A DNA stretch of 64,000 nucleotides from an uncultured Alphaproteobacteria bacterium. Its GTDB lineage: Bacteria; Pseudomonadota; Alphaproteobacteria; Rhodobacterales; Rhodobacteraceae. Location: assembly GCA_963715835.1 (NCBI GenBank), contig CAVQSH010000003.1:25918-89917 (forward strand). Direction: 5' to 3'. The notes under the pieces were generated by a model, which was not told where the DNA came from, ran no database searches, and saw only the letters and a program-made list of their open reading frames with translations. Shown here in pieces: positions 28,979 through 38,979 of the stretch (position 1 is the stretch's first letter; each line of letters begins with the position of its first letter). Both the position numbers and the translations under genes were made by a program.

Positions 28979-29193
28979 AACCTTTTGCATTTCCAAGTGC
29001 AGGTGAGCGTTCCGGAGGTTCGGAGCGCAATGACCGCGTCGCGCGCAAAGAGACAGATGCTGCACGTTTCGGGGAGCTTTCGTGTTCCGGCTCAGCAGGC
29101 GCCAGGATCGTTCCGCTCGAATTTTCATGAAGTTGGAGGTTGATGGTGCTAGGCTGCGGTCACCGGTCATCCCGATCGCTGGAGGTCCCTTGA

Positions 29194-29893
29194 ATGACGC
29201 GAGGGAGCTACGAACAATTCTGCCCTGTCGCAATGGCATCCGAAGTGCTTTGTACCAGATGGACGATGGTCCTTGTCCGTGAGCTTGTGGCGGGTTCCAC
29301 AAGGTTCGGCGACCTGCGGCGCGGCGTTCCGCGGATGTCCCCCACGCTTTTGTCACAACGGCTCAAGGAACTCGAAGCCGCAGGGATTGTCACCCGGAAA
29401 CCTGTGGCCGATGAGGTGGGCATTCACGAATATCAACTGACGACGGCCGGGAAAGACTTGAAGCAAATCGTGGAGTCTTTCGGTATCTGGGGGCAGAAAT
29501 GGGTCGAAACGCAGGCCTCGCTTGAGAACCTCGATCCCTCACTCCTGATGTGGGACATGCGGCGCAACATCAATCCCGCGCCGCTGCCCTTGCAACGGAC
29601 CGTCATCGAGTTTTGCTATCCAGAACTTCCCGCCAATCGCCGCAACTGGTGGCTGATCATTGATCCGGAAGCAAAGGTCGAGGTAGATCTCTGTGCAAAA
29701 GATCCGGGTTTTGACGTTGACCTGTGGGTCACCACTGACCTCAAGACAATGACGGCCATCTGGATGGGGTTGTCTTCGGTGAAAGACTCTGCAATCGAAG
29801 ATACAAGTTGATGGTGACCCTGCATTGGCGCGATCCATGACCCAATGGTTGGGCTTCAGTCATTTCGCCACGCAAAAGAAAATTGTCGGCTAG
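29194..29893 (+). CDS. HxlR-family winged-helix regulator with SCP2-like C-terminus (frameshift near 29795)
   Basis: YEQFCPVAMASEVLCTRWT, RFGDLRRGVPRMSPTLLSQRLKELE; the other frame gives KIQVDGDPALARSMTQWLGFSHFA..* ending at 29893. Confidence 0.85.
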
Positions 29894-29989
29894 TCGTCGG
29901 ACTATGAGGAGAGTCCAGTTTCAGGACTATCGGTGTTTTTCCGTTTCTTGCACTGATTGACAGGAAACCCCAGGACGATGGAGAACGTC

Positions 29990-30349
29990 ATGACCGACAC
30001 CCTTTACTCTCGCCTCGGAGGCGCGGAGGCAATCGCACGAATTGCATCCGACCTCGTCGACAACCACATCGCCAACCCACTGATCGGGAGGCGTTTCGCC
30101 GGCAGCGATGTGATCGCCATGAAGAAAAAGGCAACGGATTTTTTCTCGATGGGTTCGGGTGGCCCCAACAATTACGATGGGCTGGATATGCTCAGCGCCC
30201 ACAAACACATGAACATTTCCGACAACGAATATATGGCGGCCGTCGATGACCTGATGAAGGCACTGACCAATGCTGACGTGGGTGATCGTGAGAAAGCGGA
30301 TGTGCTCTATATCTTCCACACACTCCGCCCGGACGTTGTCGGAGTGTGA
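29990..30349 (+). CDS. Group I truncated hemoglobin
   Basis: TLYSRLGG, GSGGPNNYDGLDMLSAHKHMNIS (GGP..Y.G..M..AH with proximal His). Confidence 0.88.
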   Translation: MTDTLYSRLGGAEAIARIASDLVDNHIANPLIGRRFAGSDVIAMKKKATDFFSMGSGGPNNYDGLDMLSAHKHMNISDNEYMAAVDDLMKALTNADVGDREKADVLYIFHTLRPDVVGV

Positions 30350-30590
30350 ACGGCAGGTCGCATGATGAGCCAGACGCCATAGCCCGAGCTGTCTTGAATA
30401 CCTTCTATCGGATCACACCCGCTGACATGTGATCACTTCGTCCGCGCACCCGACCTTGCGTGCATGAGGCTCCCGAACATGTCTTCGGGAGCCTTTGTTG
30501 GGAAAAGCGTGATGCCTGCATAGAACCCGACCAGAGGCTGCACCACGAAAAGGAAAGGGCAGACAGCCCCCCCTTTGCTCCGGCAGGGGA

Positions 30591-32150
30591 TCAGAAATCC
30601 GTCGGCGCCCCGCCCTCGGCCTTGCGGCGGCTGACGAAGGACAAAAGCTCCTCATGCACGGCGACGTCCATCGGCGGGGCCTCGAATTCGGCCATGATCT
30701 GGCGATAGATCGCGTGGGCGCGCTCATGGGTCCAGGCCGCACCCGCGATATCCCAGGCCTCGTAGTTGCGCCAATCCGACAGGAACGGCTGATAGAACGC
30801 CTTTTCATAGCGGTCCTGCGTGTGCTGGATGCCGAAGAAATGCCCGCCCGGCCCGACCTCGCGGATGGCCTCCAGCGCCAGATCCTCGGGCGTGGTGGCG
30901 AAAGTCGCGGGCTCCATGTAGCGCTGGATCTGCTGCAGAACCTCGCAATCCATGACGAATTTCTCGGGGCTGGCGATCAGCCCGCCTTCCAGCCAGCCAG
31001 CCGCGTGATAGACCATGTGGGTGCCCGACTGCACCGCGGCCCAAAGGCTGTTCGATGTCTCCCACATCGCCTGACCGTCGGGCACATTGGCCGCGCAGAC
31101 GCCGGACGACCGCATCGGCAGGCCATAGAACCGCGCCAGTTGCCCGGTCATCTGGGTCGCGCGCATGTATTCCGGCGTGCCGAAGGCCGGTGCCCCCGAT
31201 TTCATGTCCACATTCGAGGTGAAGGTGCCGATGGCGCAGGGCGCGCCGGGGCGCACCCATTGCGCCAGCGCAATCGCGCACAGCCCCTCGGCCAGGCTCT
31301 GCGCCACCGCCCCCGCCATGGTCACGGGCGCCATCGCGCCCGCCAGCGTGAAGGGCGTCACCACCAGCCCCTGCCCCCGCCGCGCCAGCCGCAGCCAGCC
31401 GTCCAGCATCGGAATGTCATGCTTCAAAGGCGAGGTGGAGTTGATGTTGGTGAACATCTTGGGGCTTGCGTCGAATTCCTCATGGGAATGACCGCCCGCG
31501 ATGCGAACCATCTCCATCACATCCTCGACCCGCTCCTTGCCCAAGCTGTAGGCATGGGCCACCTTGTCGGTCAGGGTCAGCGTGTCATAGAGCACATCCA
31601 GATGCCGGACCGAGGCATGGACGTCCACCGGCTCGACCGGATAGCCGCCGATGAAATGGATGCAGTTGAAATACTGGCTGAGTTTCAGCAGGTCGCGGCA
31701 CATCTCGCGGGTGCCGGACAGTTTCCGCCCCGTCGCCATGTCCCAGTAGTTGGGCGGGGACGAGACATTGCCGAACAGGATGTGATCGCCCCCGATGGTG
31801 ATCTGGCGCGCCGGGTTGCGCGGGGTGATCGTCCATTGCCGCGGTGCGCGGGCCAGCATCTCCATCACGAACTCGCGTCCCATGCGGACGTTTTCGCCCT
31901 GAATGGTGCACCCGGCCTCGCGCAGGATCTCCAGCGCCTCGAGGTTCAGGAATTCGATCCCGATATCCTCGAGGATATACATCGCGGCCTCGTGGATGGC
32001 CTGCACCCCTTCCTCGGAAAGCGGCGCGATGGGGCGATCCACATTCACGGGCAGACGCCATGGCATCTGGTCTATCGCGGCCGTCCCGCGACGGGTCGCG
32101 TTCCCCGCCCGCCCGCCGCTGCGTTTCTTGCGGTGCAACTCTTCCGACAT
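30591..32150 (-). CDS. Trimethylamine methyltransferase MttB family (non-pyrrolysine type)
   Basis: NINSTSPLKHD, TPFTLAGAMAPVT, NVDMKSGAPAFGTPE, HAAGWLEGGL, GPGGHFFG; no in-frame amber codon. Confidence 0.92.
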   Translation of the reverse strand: MSEELHRKKRSGGRAGNATRRGTAAIDQMPWRLPVNVDRPIAPLSEEGVQAIHEAAMYILEDIGIEFLNLEALEILREAGCTIQGENVRMGREFVMEMLARAPRQWTITPRNPARQITIGGDHILFGNVSSPPNYWDMATGRKLSGTREMCRDLLKLSQYFNCIHFIGGYPVEPVDVHASVRHLDVLYDTLTLTDKVAHAYSLGKERVEDVMEMVRIAGGHSHEEFDASPKMFTNINSTSPLKHDIPMLDGWLRLARRGQGLVVTPFTLAGAMAPVTMAGAVAQSLAEGLCAIALAQWVRPGAPCAIGTFTSNVDMKSGAPAFGTPEYMRATQMTGQLARFYGLPMRSSGVCAANVPDGQAMWETSNSLWAAVQSGTHMVYHAAGWLEGGLIASPEKFVMDCEVLQQIQRYMEPATFATTPEDLALEAIREVGPGGHFFGIQHTQDRYEKAFYQPFLSDWRNYEAWDIAGAAWTHERAHAIYRQIMAEFEAPPMDVAVHEELLSFVSRRKAEGGAPTDF

Positions 32151-32272
32151 CCCGGCCTCCTGTGTCTCGAGATGTCAACAAACTACCGCAAGGGACGGCG
32201 CGCCTTTCCGATTGCGACCGATGGCGTCGTTTTTCGGGAATGAGCCGCGGAACGCGCGTCCGCGACGGGCGA

Positions 32273-32962
32273 TCAGGCGACCAGCCACGCCGGGATATGG
32301 CCGATATCGGGCAGGACCGCATCGGCCAGCGGCGCCAGATCCTCGGCCTGCGCCGTGCCCGTCAGCACACCCAGCGTCTGCATCCCCGCGCGCCGCCCGG
32401 CCAGCAGATCATGGTGACTGTCGCCCACCATGACGACGCGATCCGGTGACAGCCCCGTCCTTGCGCAAAAGGCCAGCAGCGGCGCGGGATCGGGCTTGGC
32501 GCCATGCCCGCTGTCGAACCCCGCGACAAAGGCGAAATGCGCCAGCACCCCCGCGTGGGTCAGATGCGCCAGCGCGCCCGCCTCGGTATCATTGGTGATG
32601 ACCCCCAGCGCTAGACCGCGCGCCGCCAGCCCGCTCAGATAGGGATCAAGCGGCACGGCAGGGGCCAGCGGGGCCACGGCGGCGCGCGCGCTCAGAAAGA
32701 CCTCGATGGATTCGATGGACCGTCCCGGCAGGGCCGAGCCGATCGCCTCGGCGGCCTCGCGGTTGGTGCCCGCGATGATCGGGCTCTCGGGCAGGAAGGC
32801 GCCATTGGCCAGATCGAAGACCGCCGCATCCGCAATCCGCTGCGCCAGTGCTGCATCGCCGCCCGACAACTCCTCGATCACGCCCAGCGCCCAGACATCC
32901 CATGTGGCGCGAAAATCGAACAGCGTGCCGTCCTTGTCGAAGATGATCCCGTCCACCCGCAT
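32273..32962 (-). CDS. HAD-family hydrolase (phosphoglycolate phosphatase-like)
   Basis: FDKDGTL, ITND, KPDP, MVGDS. Confidence 0.9.
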   Translation of the reverse strand: MRVDGIIFDKDGTLFDFRATWDVWALGVIEELSGGDAALAQRIADAAVFDLANGAFLPESPIIAGTNREAAEAIGSALPGRSIESIEVFLSARAAVAPLAPAVPLDPYLSGLAARGLALGVITNDTEAGALAHLTHAGVLAHFAFVAGFDSGHGAKPDPAPLLAFCARTGLSPDRVVMVGDSHHDLLAGRRAGMQTLGVLTGTAQAEDLAPLADAVLPDIGHIPAWLVA

Positions 32963-33087
32963 CTGCCCTGCCCCCTGTGCTCGTTTCGCCCCTGTGCCGG
33001 GCCTGCGCTAAAGTGGCGATGCGACAGGGCCGTGACAAGCCCCGCGCGCGCTTGACTTTCGCCACCCGATCCTGTGCCTTGACCGGC

Positions 33088-33543
33088 ATGGACAGCACCG
33101 GACCCTACCGCCTGCATGCCTCGCTGGGCTATCACCTTTCCATCGCCGCGCGCCAGCAGGAGCGGCGGCTGGACGAGGCGCTCAAGACCATCGGCCTGAC
33201 CCGCACCACGTGGTGCGTGCTGCTGGCCGTGGGCAATGAAGAGCTGTCGCAACCCTCGGATATCGCGGGTTTCGTCGGGATCGACCGCACGGCGACCAGC
33301 CGCGCGCTCAGGCAGATGGAGGCGGATGGCCTGCTGGCACGCTCCAGCGGGACCGAGGACCGGCGCACCCGGCGAGTAGAGCTGACCGACAAGGGCCGCG
33401 CGGCGATCATCGCGGCCACGCCCTTTGCCCGGGCCAACGCGGCCACGATGGCCGAACAACTGGACGCGGGCGAACAGGAGGCCCTGATCCGCCTGCTGGC
33501 CAAGCTGCGCCCGGCGGATGACGCGCCGCTCAATACGCTCTGA
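33088..33543 (+). CDS. MarR-family transcriptional regulator
   Basis: GLTRTTW, GIDRTATSRALRQMEADGLL, EDRRTRRVELTDKG. Confidence 0.88.
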   Translation: MDSTGPYRLHASLGYHLSIAARQQERRLDEALKTIGLTRTTWCVLLAVGNEELSQPSDIAGFVGIDRTATSRALRQMEADGLLARSSGTEDRRTRRVELTDKGRAAIIAATPFARANAATMAEQLDAGEQEALIRLLAKLRPADDAPLNTL

Positions 33544-33556
33544 CGTCAGGCCCGGC

Positions 33557-33841
33557 TCAGGTCCAGTGCATCTGCGCCCCGCCTGGCAGGCCCGCACGGG
33601 CGCGCATCGGCGCATCATAGGGCAGGCCCGCCGCGTCGCAGAAGGCGATGACCCAGGCATCCTCCAGCATCAGGAAATCCAGCAGCGCGCCCAGAAAGGC
33701 CGGATCGCCCGCCCCTGCGCGCAGGTCGTCAATCGAGGCACCGCTGGCGCCCATGAACTGGCCCAACACCTCGTCATTGCCCGCCATCCAGCCCAAAGCC
33801 TGGATCGCCACCGTCTCGGCCTGTTCCTGCTCGGATGCCAT
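33557..33841 (-). CDS. DUF3572 family protein
   Basis: AETVAIQALGWMA..FMGASG..FLGALLDFL..LPGG; divergent from the pleD-like gene. Confidence 0.8.
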   Translation of the reverse strand: MASEQEQAETVAIQALGWMAGNDEVLGQFMGASGASIDDLRAGAGDPAFLGALLDFLMLEDAWVIAFCDAAGLPYDAPMRARAGLPGGAQMHWT

Positions 33842-33937
33842 TTTCTCGCTTTCGGAAAGGTTTTCTTAACCACTCCAGTAGAGACTGGATCGCAGCGGGT
33901 GGCAAGCCGCCCCCGTCGGCTTAGCAAGGCGCGAACC

Positions 33938-35353
33938 ATGCCCGGCAGAATATTGATCGTGGACGATATCCCCACCAACCGGATCCTGCTCAGGGTGCGG
34001 CTGGCGGCGGCCTATTACGACGTCATCCAGGCCGCGAACGGGGCCGAAGCACTGGACATGCTGACGCAGCAGGCCCCCGACCTCGTGCTTCTCAGCGCGC
34101 GGCTGGGCGATTGCGACAGCCTCGATCTGTGCCGCAGCATCACCCGCACCGTGCAGCCTCACGGGGTGCAGGTGCCGGTCCTGATCCTGACCGCGCAGAC
34201 AGACCGCCGCCTGCGGCTGGACGGGCTGGCCGCCGGGGCCGAGGATGTGTTGGCCTTCCCGCTTGACGACATGCTCTTGCAGGCACGGCTGCGCAGCCTG
34301 ATGCGCGTGGGCGAAACCGTGCAGGAAAGCCAGCTGCGCGACGGCACCAGCCGCACACTCGGCTTCGCCGAAACAGCGCAGGCCTACGCGCCGCCGCCGC
34401 GCATCTGCATCCTGTCCGACGCGGCAACGGACCCCGTCCCCTGGCAGGCCGGTCTGCACGCCCTGGGGCTTGGCCGGATCAGCAGGCACGACTGCCGCAA
34501 CTTCCTGCGCGAGGTGACGCCGGGCGATACACCGGATCTGTGCCTGATCGCGATGGACCGGCCGCTCGCCTCGCCGGGTCTGCGCCTGCTGTCCGAACTG
34601 CGCGCCCATCCCGAAACCCGTCACACGGCGGCCATGGTGATCCTGCCGGAACCTGACAACCACATCGCCGCCGATGCGCTGGATCTGGGCGCCGGTGACG
34701 TGATCGCCGGGCTTGTCGACCCCGAGGAACTGCGGATCAGGATCGCCACGCTGATCCGCCGCAAGCGCATGGCCGACCAGTTGCGCAGCACCCTGCGCGA
34801 CGGTCTGCGCGCCGCCGTGACCGACCCGCTGACCGGGCTCTACAATCGCCGCTATGCCTTGCCGCATCTGGCCCGGATGGCCGATCACGCCGCGCAAAGC
34901 GGGCGGCGCTTTGCCGTGATGCTGGCCGATCTGGACCATTTCAAGGGGATCAACGACCGTTTCGGCCATGCGGCTGGCGATGCGGTGCTGGTCGAAGTGG
35001 CGCGCCGCCTGCGCTCCAACCTGCGCGCCGTCGATCTGATCGCCCGGATCGGCGGGGAAGAATTCCTGATCGCCCTGCCCGACACCGACCGGGCCGAGGC
35101 GCGCGTGGCCGCGCGCCGCCTGTGCCGGATCATCGCGCAGGACCCGTTCGACCTGCCGGACCGGACCACGCCCGTTCCCGTCACCGTCAGCATCGGCGTG
35201 GCCATGGGCCAGCGATTGCTCGGCCCGAACGACACCACATGCGATCCGCTCTCCGATACGGTGCAGCGCCTGCTGAAACAGGCGGACCGGGCGCTCTACG
35301 GGGCCAAGGCCTGCGGGCGCAATCAGGTCACGATCAGCAAGCCCGCCGCCTGA
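33938..35353 (+). CDS. pleD: PleD-like diguanylate cyclase (two receiver-like domains + GGEEF)
   Basis: MPGRILIVDD, TDPLTGLYNRRY, RAVD I-site, RIGGEEF; the phosphoacceptor position reads LVLLS. Confidence 0.88.
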   Translation: MPGRILIVDDIPTNRILLRVRLAAAYYDVIQAANGAEALDMLTQQAPDLVLLSARLGDCDSLDLCRSITRTVQPHGVQVPVLILTAQTDRRLRLDGLAAGAEDVLAFPLDDMLLQARLRSLMRVGETVQESQLRDGTSRTLGFAETAQAYAPPPRICILSDAATDPVPWQAGLHALGLGRISRHDCRNFLREVTPGDTPDLCLIAMDRPLASPGLRLLSELRAHPETRHTAAMVILPEPDNHIAADALDLGAGDVIAGLVDPEELRIRIATLIRRKRMADQLRSTLRDGLRAAVTDPLTGLYNRRYALPHLARMADHAAQSGRRFAVMLADLDHFKGINDRFGHAAGDAVLVEVARRLRSNLRAVDLIARIGGEEFLIALPDTDRAEARVAARRLCRIIAQDPFDLPDRTTPVPVTVSIGVAMGQRLLGPNDTTCDPLSDTVQRLLKQADRALYGAKACGRNQVTISKPAA

Positions 35354-35371
35354 TCCTGGCCATGCCCGAGG

Positions 35372-35905
35372 TCAGTCCTGCGGCACGCCCCGGTCATCGC
35401 GACGACCCTCGCGCCCTCGTGCAAGCCGGTCCTCCAACCGGTCGGCAAAGGCCGCCCGGTCCGCCGGGCTCATCCCGTCGATCCGGTCCAGCAGCAGGGC
35501 CTGCCCTGTCTGCTGGCGCGCGATCCCGGCCTCGAACTGGCGCCCGACGATGGCGCGCACAAGGGCCGGATCATAGGGTTCGGCCCGCAACGCCTGCACC
35601 ACCGCATCGAAATCGGCGCGGATCTCGGCGCGGCTGGGCCGGGCCTCGCCCCGCATCTGCCGCATCTCGCGCCAGATCGCGCGCCGGTCCTCGCGGCTCA
35701 GCGCACTGGTATAGGGCCCGCCGAACTGGTCCGACCGGGCAGAGCGCTGGTCCTGCATGTCTCCATGTCGCAGAACCGCCCCGATCGCCAGACCGGCCAC
35801 AGTCAGGTTCAGCGCCAATGACGCAAAGAGCAGCGCCTTGATCCAGCCCCGCAGGGGGGGGCGGGAGGGCAGCGTCGGCGTTGCGGGATCGGTGGGAAAT
35901 GTCAT
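35372..35905 (-). CDS. Periplasmic heavy-metal sensor / Spy-CpxP-like protein
   Basis: ALLFASLALNL TM segment, ALSREDRRAI, MSPADRAAFAD. Confidence 0.8.
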   Translation of the reverse strand: MTFPTDPATPTLPSRPPLRGWIKALLFASLALNLTVAGLAIGAVLRHGDMQDQRSARSDQFGGPYTSALSREDRRAIWREMRQMRGEARPSRAEIRADFDAVVQALRAEPYDPALVRAIVGRQFEAGIARQQTGQALLLDRIDGMSPADRAAFADRLEDRLARGREGRRDDRGVPQD

Positions 35906-35907
35906 GT

Positions 35908-36309
35908 TCAGCCCTCGGTCAGGTCCATGGCGATGTCGAAGTCCAGTTCCGGCATCAGATCGACAAGATAGCCGTCGGCGGGTTGCCCCAGCAGCGCAGC
36001 CGTCAGATCGCCCAGCCCCGCCGGGGCCGCGATACCGATGGCCAGCCCCATCACGCCAGCGGTCGCCAGACCGCCCACGGCAGGCCAGCCGCCCAGCGCA
36101 TCGCGCAACTGCGCCAGCAAACCGGGCCAGGTGGGGCGCCGCGTCGGCACAGGCGCTGCCTGCACCGCCAGCGCATCGGAAAGCACCCGCGCCAGCAGCG
36201 CGTCGGACGGCGTTGGTGCCGCGCGCCGGGCCGCGCCGAAGAAATCCTCCAGCGCGTCCGGGCCGTCACCATCGCCCTGCGGGCCGTGTCCGTGATCAGT
36301 CATCGTCAT
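35908..36309 (-). CDS. Putative membrane anti-sigma factor
   Basis: Overlaps the ECF sigma stop; PSDALLARVL and one TM segment (LGGWPAVGGLATA). Confidence 0.65.
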   Translation of the reverse strand: MTMTDHGHGPQGDGDGPDALEDFFGAARRAAPTPSDALLARVLSDALAVQAAPVPTRRPTWPGLLAQLRDALGGWPAVGGLATAGVMGLAIGIAAPAGLGDLTAALLGQPADGYLVDLMPELDFDIAMDLTEG

Positions 36310-36880
36310 ACCCCAATTCTGCGCGACGCCCCGACAGGGCCGCCGTCAGCGCGCGTTTGCCCCGGGCGATCAGACTTTCGACCGCCTCGGCGCTGATGTC
36401 CATGATCCCGGCAATCTCGGGATTGCCCAGACCCTCGATATGCCGCAGCACCACCGCCTGCCGCTGTCGCTCCGGCAAGTCCGCCAGTGCCGCCTGCAAG
36501 GCCGCCGCCCGCGCCGCATCCTGCAACCCGTCTGCGGCACTGGGCCGGTCGTCCTCGGGCTCGGGCACCGTATCCAGCGCCACCCCGCGCCGCTTGCGCA
36601 GCCGGTCGGTCGCCAGGTTCGCGGTCACGCGGTACAGCCACGTGCTCACCTTCGCCTCGCCCCTGCGCCAGTCCGGCGCGATGCGCCACAGGCGCATCAA
36701 GGCCTCCTGCGTCACGTCCTCGGCCTCGGCGCGATCGCCCAGAAGCCGCATGGCATGGGCGAACACACGCGGCGTCAGCCGCAATGTCAGGGCACGCGCC
36801 GCCCCGGCATCGCCAGAGGCGAAGCGTCCGAGCAGCTCGTCGTCTGCCACGTCCGAATGGGCGTCAAAGGGCATCTGCAT
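36296..36880 (-). CDS. ECF RNA polymerase sigma factor
   Basis: AEAEDVTQEA, TWLYRVTAN, LPERQRQAVVLRHIEG, VESLIARG. Confidence 0.93.
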   Translation of the reverse strand: MQMPFDAHSDVADDELLGRFASGDAGAARALTLRLTPRVFAHAMRLLGDRAEAEDVTQEALMRLWRIAPDWRRGEAKVSTWLYRVTANLATDRLRKRRGVALDTVPEPEDDRPSAADGLQDAARAAALQAALADLPERQRQAVVLRHIEGLGNPEIAGIMDISAEAVESLIARGKRALTAALSGRRAELGYDDD

Positions 36881-37001
36881 GGTCCTTCCGGCCTATCCTG
36901 TCACCATCCCTGCGGCAATCGAAAGCGGATGGCGGGCGGCGCGTTGGGCCTTGGATACGGGGGGCAGATCCGGCGGACCGCCCCCCGCGATGATCCGGCG
37001 A

Positions 37002-37562
37002 TCAGTCGGCTTTACGCTCGTGGCGCATGCCGTGCCCGTCACGATGCCCGTCACCACGCCCGTCACGATGCTCGGCCCGGCGCGCCTTGACCGCGTCCAT
37101 TTCGGCGCGCGAGATGGCCCCATCCTCATCCGTGTCCAGACGCGACATCATCCGCTCGAAACGGTCGCCCTTGCGCGGACCGGCCTGCAGTTCGGCAGCC
37201 GACAGCTTGCCATCCGCATCGGTGTCCATCATCTCGATCATGCGGGCGTTGCGCTCCTGCATCCGGGTGGCGGCCTGCGCCAGCATCCGGGCCTGCATCT
37301 CGTCGGCGTCCAGCAGCCCGTCGCCATTGGTATCCGCCGCACCGAAGCGCGCGTCGGCATGGGCCTTCAACTCCGCCGCGGTGATCTTGCCATCGCTGTC
37401 GGCGTCGATCTCCTCGAAGGGCATCATCGCGCCCCGCTCGCCCATGAAGCCGTCCATATGACGCCCCATGCCGGATTTGTCATGCGATGCGGCCACGCCC
37501 ACGACGGCGGTTCCGGCCAGTGCAAGGGCGGTGAGGCCCGAAATCAGAACGGCACGTTTCAT
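37002..37562 (-). CDS. Exported EF-hand calcium-binding protein
   Basis: GGAG RBS, signal peptide, four EF loops (DADSDGKITAAE, DTNGDGLLDADE, DTDADGKLSAAE, DTDEDGAISRAE). Confidence 0.9.
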   Translation of the reverse strand: MKRAVLISGLTALALAGTAVVGVAASHDKSGMGRHMDGFMGERGAMMPFEEIDADSDGKITAAELKAHADARFGAADTNGDGLLDADEMQARMLAQAATRMQERNARMIEMMDTDADGKLSAAELQAGPRKGDRFERMMSRLDTDEDGAISRAEMDAVKARRAEHRDGRGDGHRDGHGMRHERKAD

Positions 37563-37797
37563 CTTTGTCTCTCCAGTTTTCAAGTGTTGCGAAGCACCGG
37601 CCCTTTGCCCGTGTTCTGAGACTGATACGCCCCGCCCGACCGGTTCCGTCGCGGGCGTGCCGTTTTTTCTGCAAGCCTGTCGGCCATGCGCCGGGACCAG
37701 CAGCTTTTCGCGACATGAGGACGCGGCGCAGGCATCACCGCTTTCCTTGCGCGCCGAATTGGCAGATACCACCGCCTTGACCGAATCCGAGGTTACC

Positions 37798-38250
37798 ATG
37801 CAAGACCAGATCAGCAGCGCCGGTGCCGCCTGCAGCACCGATACCGACAGCCACGCACACAGCCACCAGACGGACAGCGACCCGGTCCGCCGCGAGACCT
37901 GGCCTGCCATGTGGAAAGGCTGGCGCGGCAAATGCCCCAACTGCGGCAGCGGCCCGCTGCTGAGCGGCTATCTGACCGTGCGCAAATCCTGCCCGGTCTG
38001 CCGCGAGGAATTGCACCATCACCGCGCCGATGACGGTCCGGCCTATCTGACGATCCTGTTCGTCGGTCACCTGATGGCCCCGCTCCTTCTGATCGTCTTC
38101 GAGACATGGCGGCCCGAGCCGCTGATCCTGTTCACCATCTTCGCACTTGGAACGGTCGCGCTGTCGCTCTACCTTCTGCCCAGACTGAAAGGGGCGATCG
38201 TGGGCCTGCAATGGGCGCGGCTGATGTATGGGTTCGGCCCGGCCGCGTGA
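37798..38250 (+). CDS. DUF983 zinc-ribbon membrane protein
   Basis: CPNCG..CPVC..ADDGPAY, LPRLKG. Confidence 0.85.
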   Translation: MQDQISSAGAACSTDTDSHAHSHQTDSDPVRRETWPAMWKGWRGKCPNCGSGPLLSGYLTVRKSCPVCREELHHHRADDGPAYLTILFVGHLMAPLLLIVFETWRPEPLILFTIFALGTVALSLYLLPRLKGAIVGLQWARLMYGFGPAA

Positions 38251-38274
38251 CCCTTTCGCCGTGAAAGGGACGCT

Positions 38275-38979
38275 ATGACCATCGACAAGACCGCCATCCG
38301 CAACGCCTCGACCGTGATCGTGCTGCGCAACCGTCATGACGATCCGCATGTCCTGATGGGGCAGCGCGGGTCGAAAGCGGCCTTCATGCCCGACAAATTC
38401 GTCTTTCCGGGCGGCGCGGTCGATGATGCGGACCGCGCGGTGCCGCTGGTGACGCCCCTGCCCGATCTCTGCGCCGGCCGGCTCTGCGACGATGCCCCGC
38501 CCGATCTGGCCCATGCGCTGGCCGCCGCCGCCATCCGCGAGTTGTGGGAGGAAACAGGTCTGGTTCTGGGGGCCAAGGGCCTCTGGACCAGCCCGCCGCC
38601 CGACTGGCAGACCTTTGCCGCGACCGGCCACATGCCCGCCGCCCATCCGCTGCAATTCGTGTTCCGCGCCGTCACCCCGCCGGGCCGCCCCCGCCGGTTC
38701 GACGCACGCTTCTTCCTCGTCGATGCCGACGATCTGGCCACCGATCCCGATGATTTCTCCGCCGCCTGCGACGAGCTTTCGCATCTGCAATGGATTCCGC
38801 TCCCGCGCGTGCGCGAGTTCGACCTGCCCTTCATCACCGAGGTCGTGCTGGCCGAAGTCGCGGCCCGCGCGCGCGATACCGCCCCGCCCGCCTCAGTGCC
38901 CTTCTTCAAGAACAACGAAGAGGAAAGCCTGTTCCTGCGCCTTAAAGGAATAGGACCAGTGACAGGACGCTCGCACTGA
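38275..38979 (+). CDS. NUDIX hydrolase
   Basis: VFPGGAVD, AAIRELWEETG, TPPGRPRRFDARFF. Confidence 0.9.
   Translation: MTIDKTAIRNASTVIVLRNRHDDPHVLMGQRGSKAAFMPDKFVFPGGAVDDADRAVPLVTPLPDLCAGRLCDDAPPDLAHALAAAAIRELWEETGLVLGAKGLWTSPPPDWQTFAATGHMPAAHPLQFVFRAVTPPGRPRRFDARFFLVDADDLATDPDDFSAACDELSHLQWIPLPRVREFDLPFITEVVLAEVAARARDTAPPASVPFFKNNEEESLFLRLKGIGPVTGRSH

Noticed and set aside
30591-32150. Pyrrolysine recoding in MttB
   Set aside because: The ORF is uninterrupted with no in-frame TAG, and no pyl genes are present.
35372-38979. ECF sigma / anti-sigma / EF-hand / DUF983 / NUDIX block as a novel system
   Set aside because: Recognisable families in an arrangement I recall as common in Rhodobacteraceae; nothing unusual seen.
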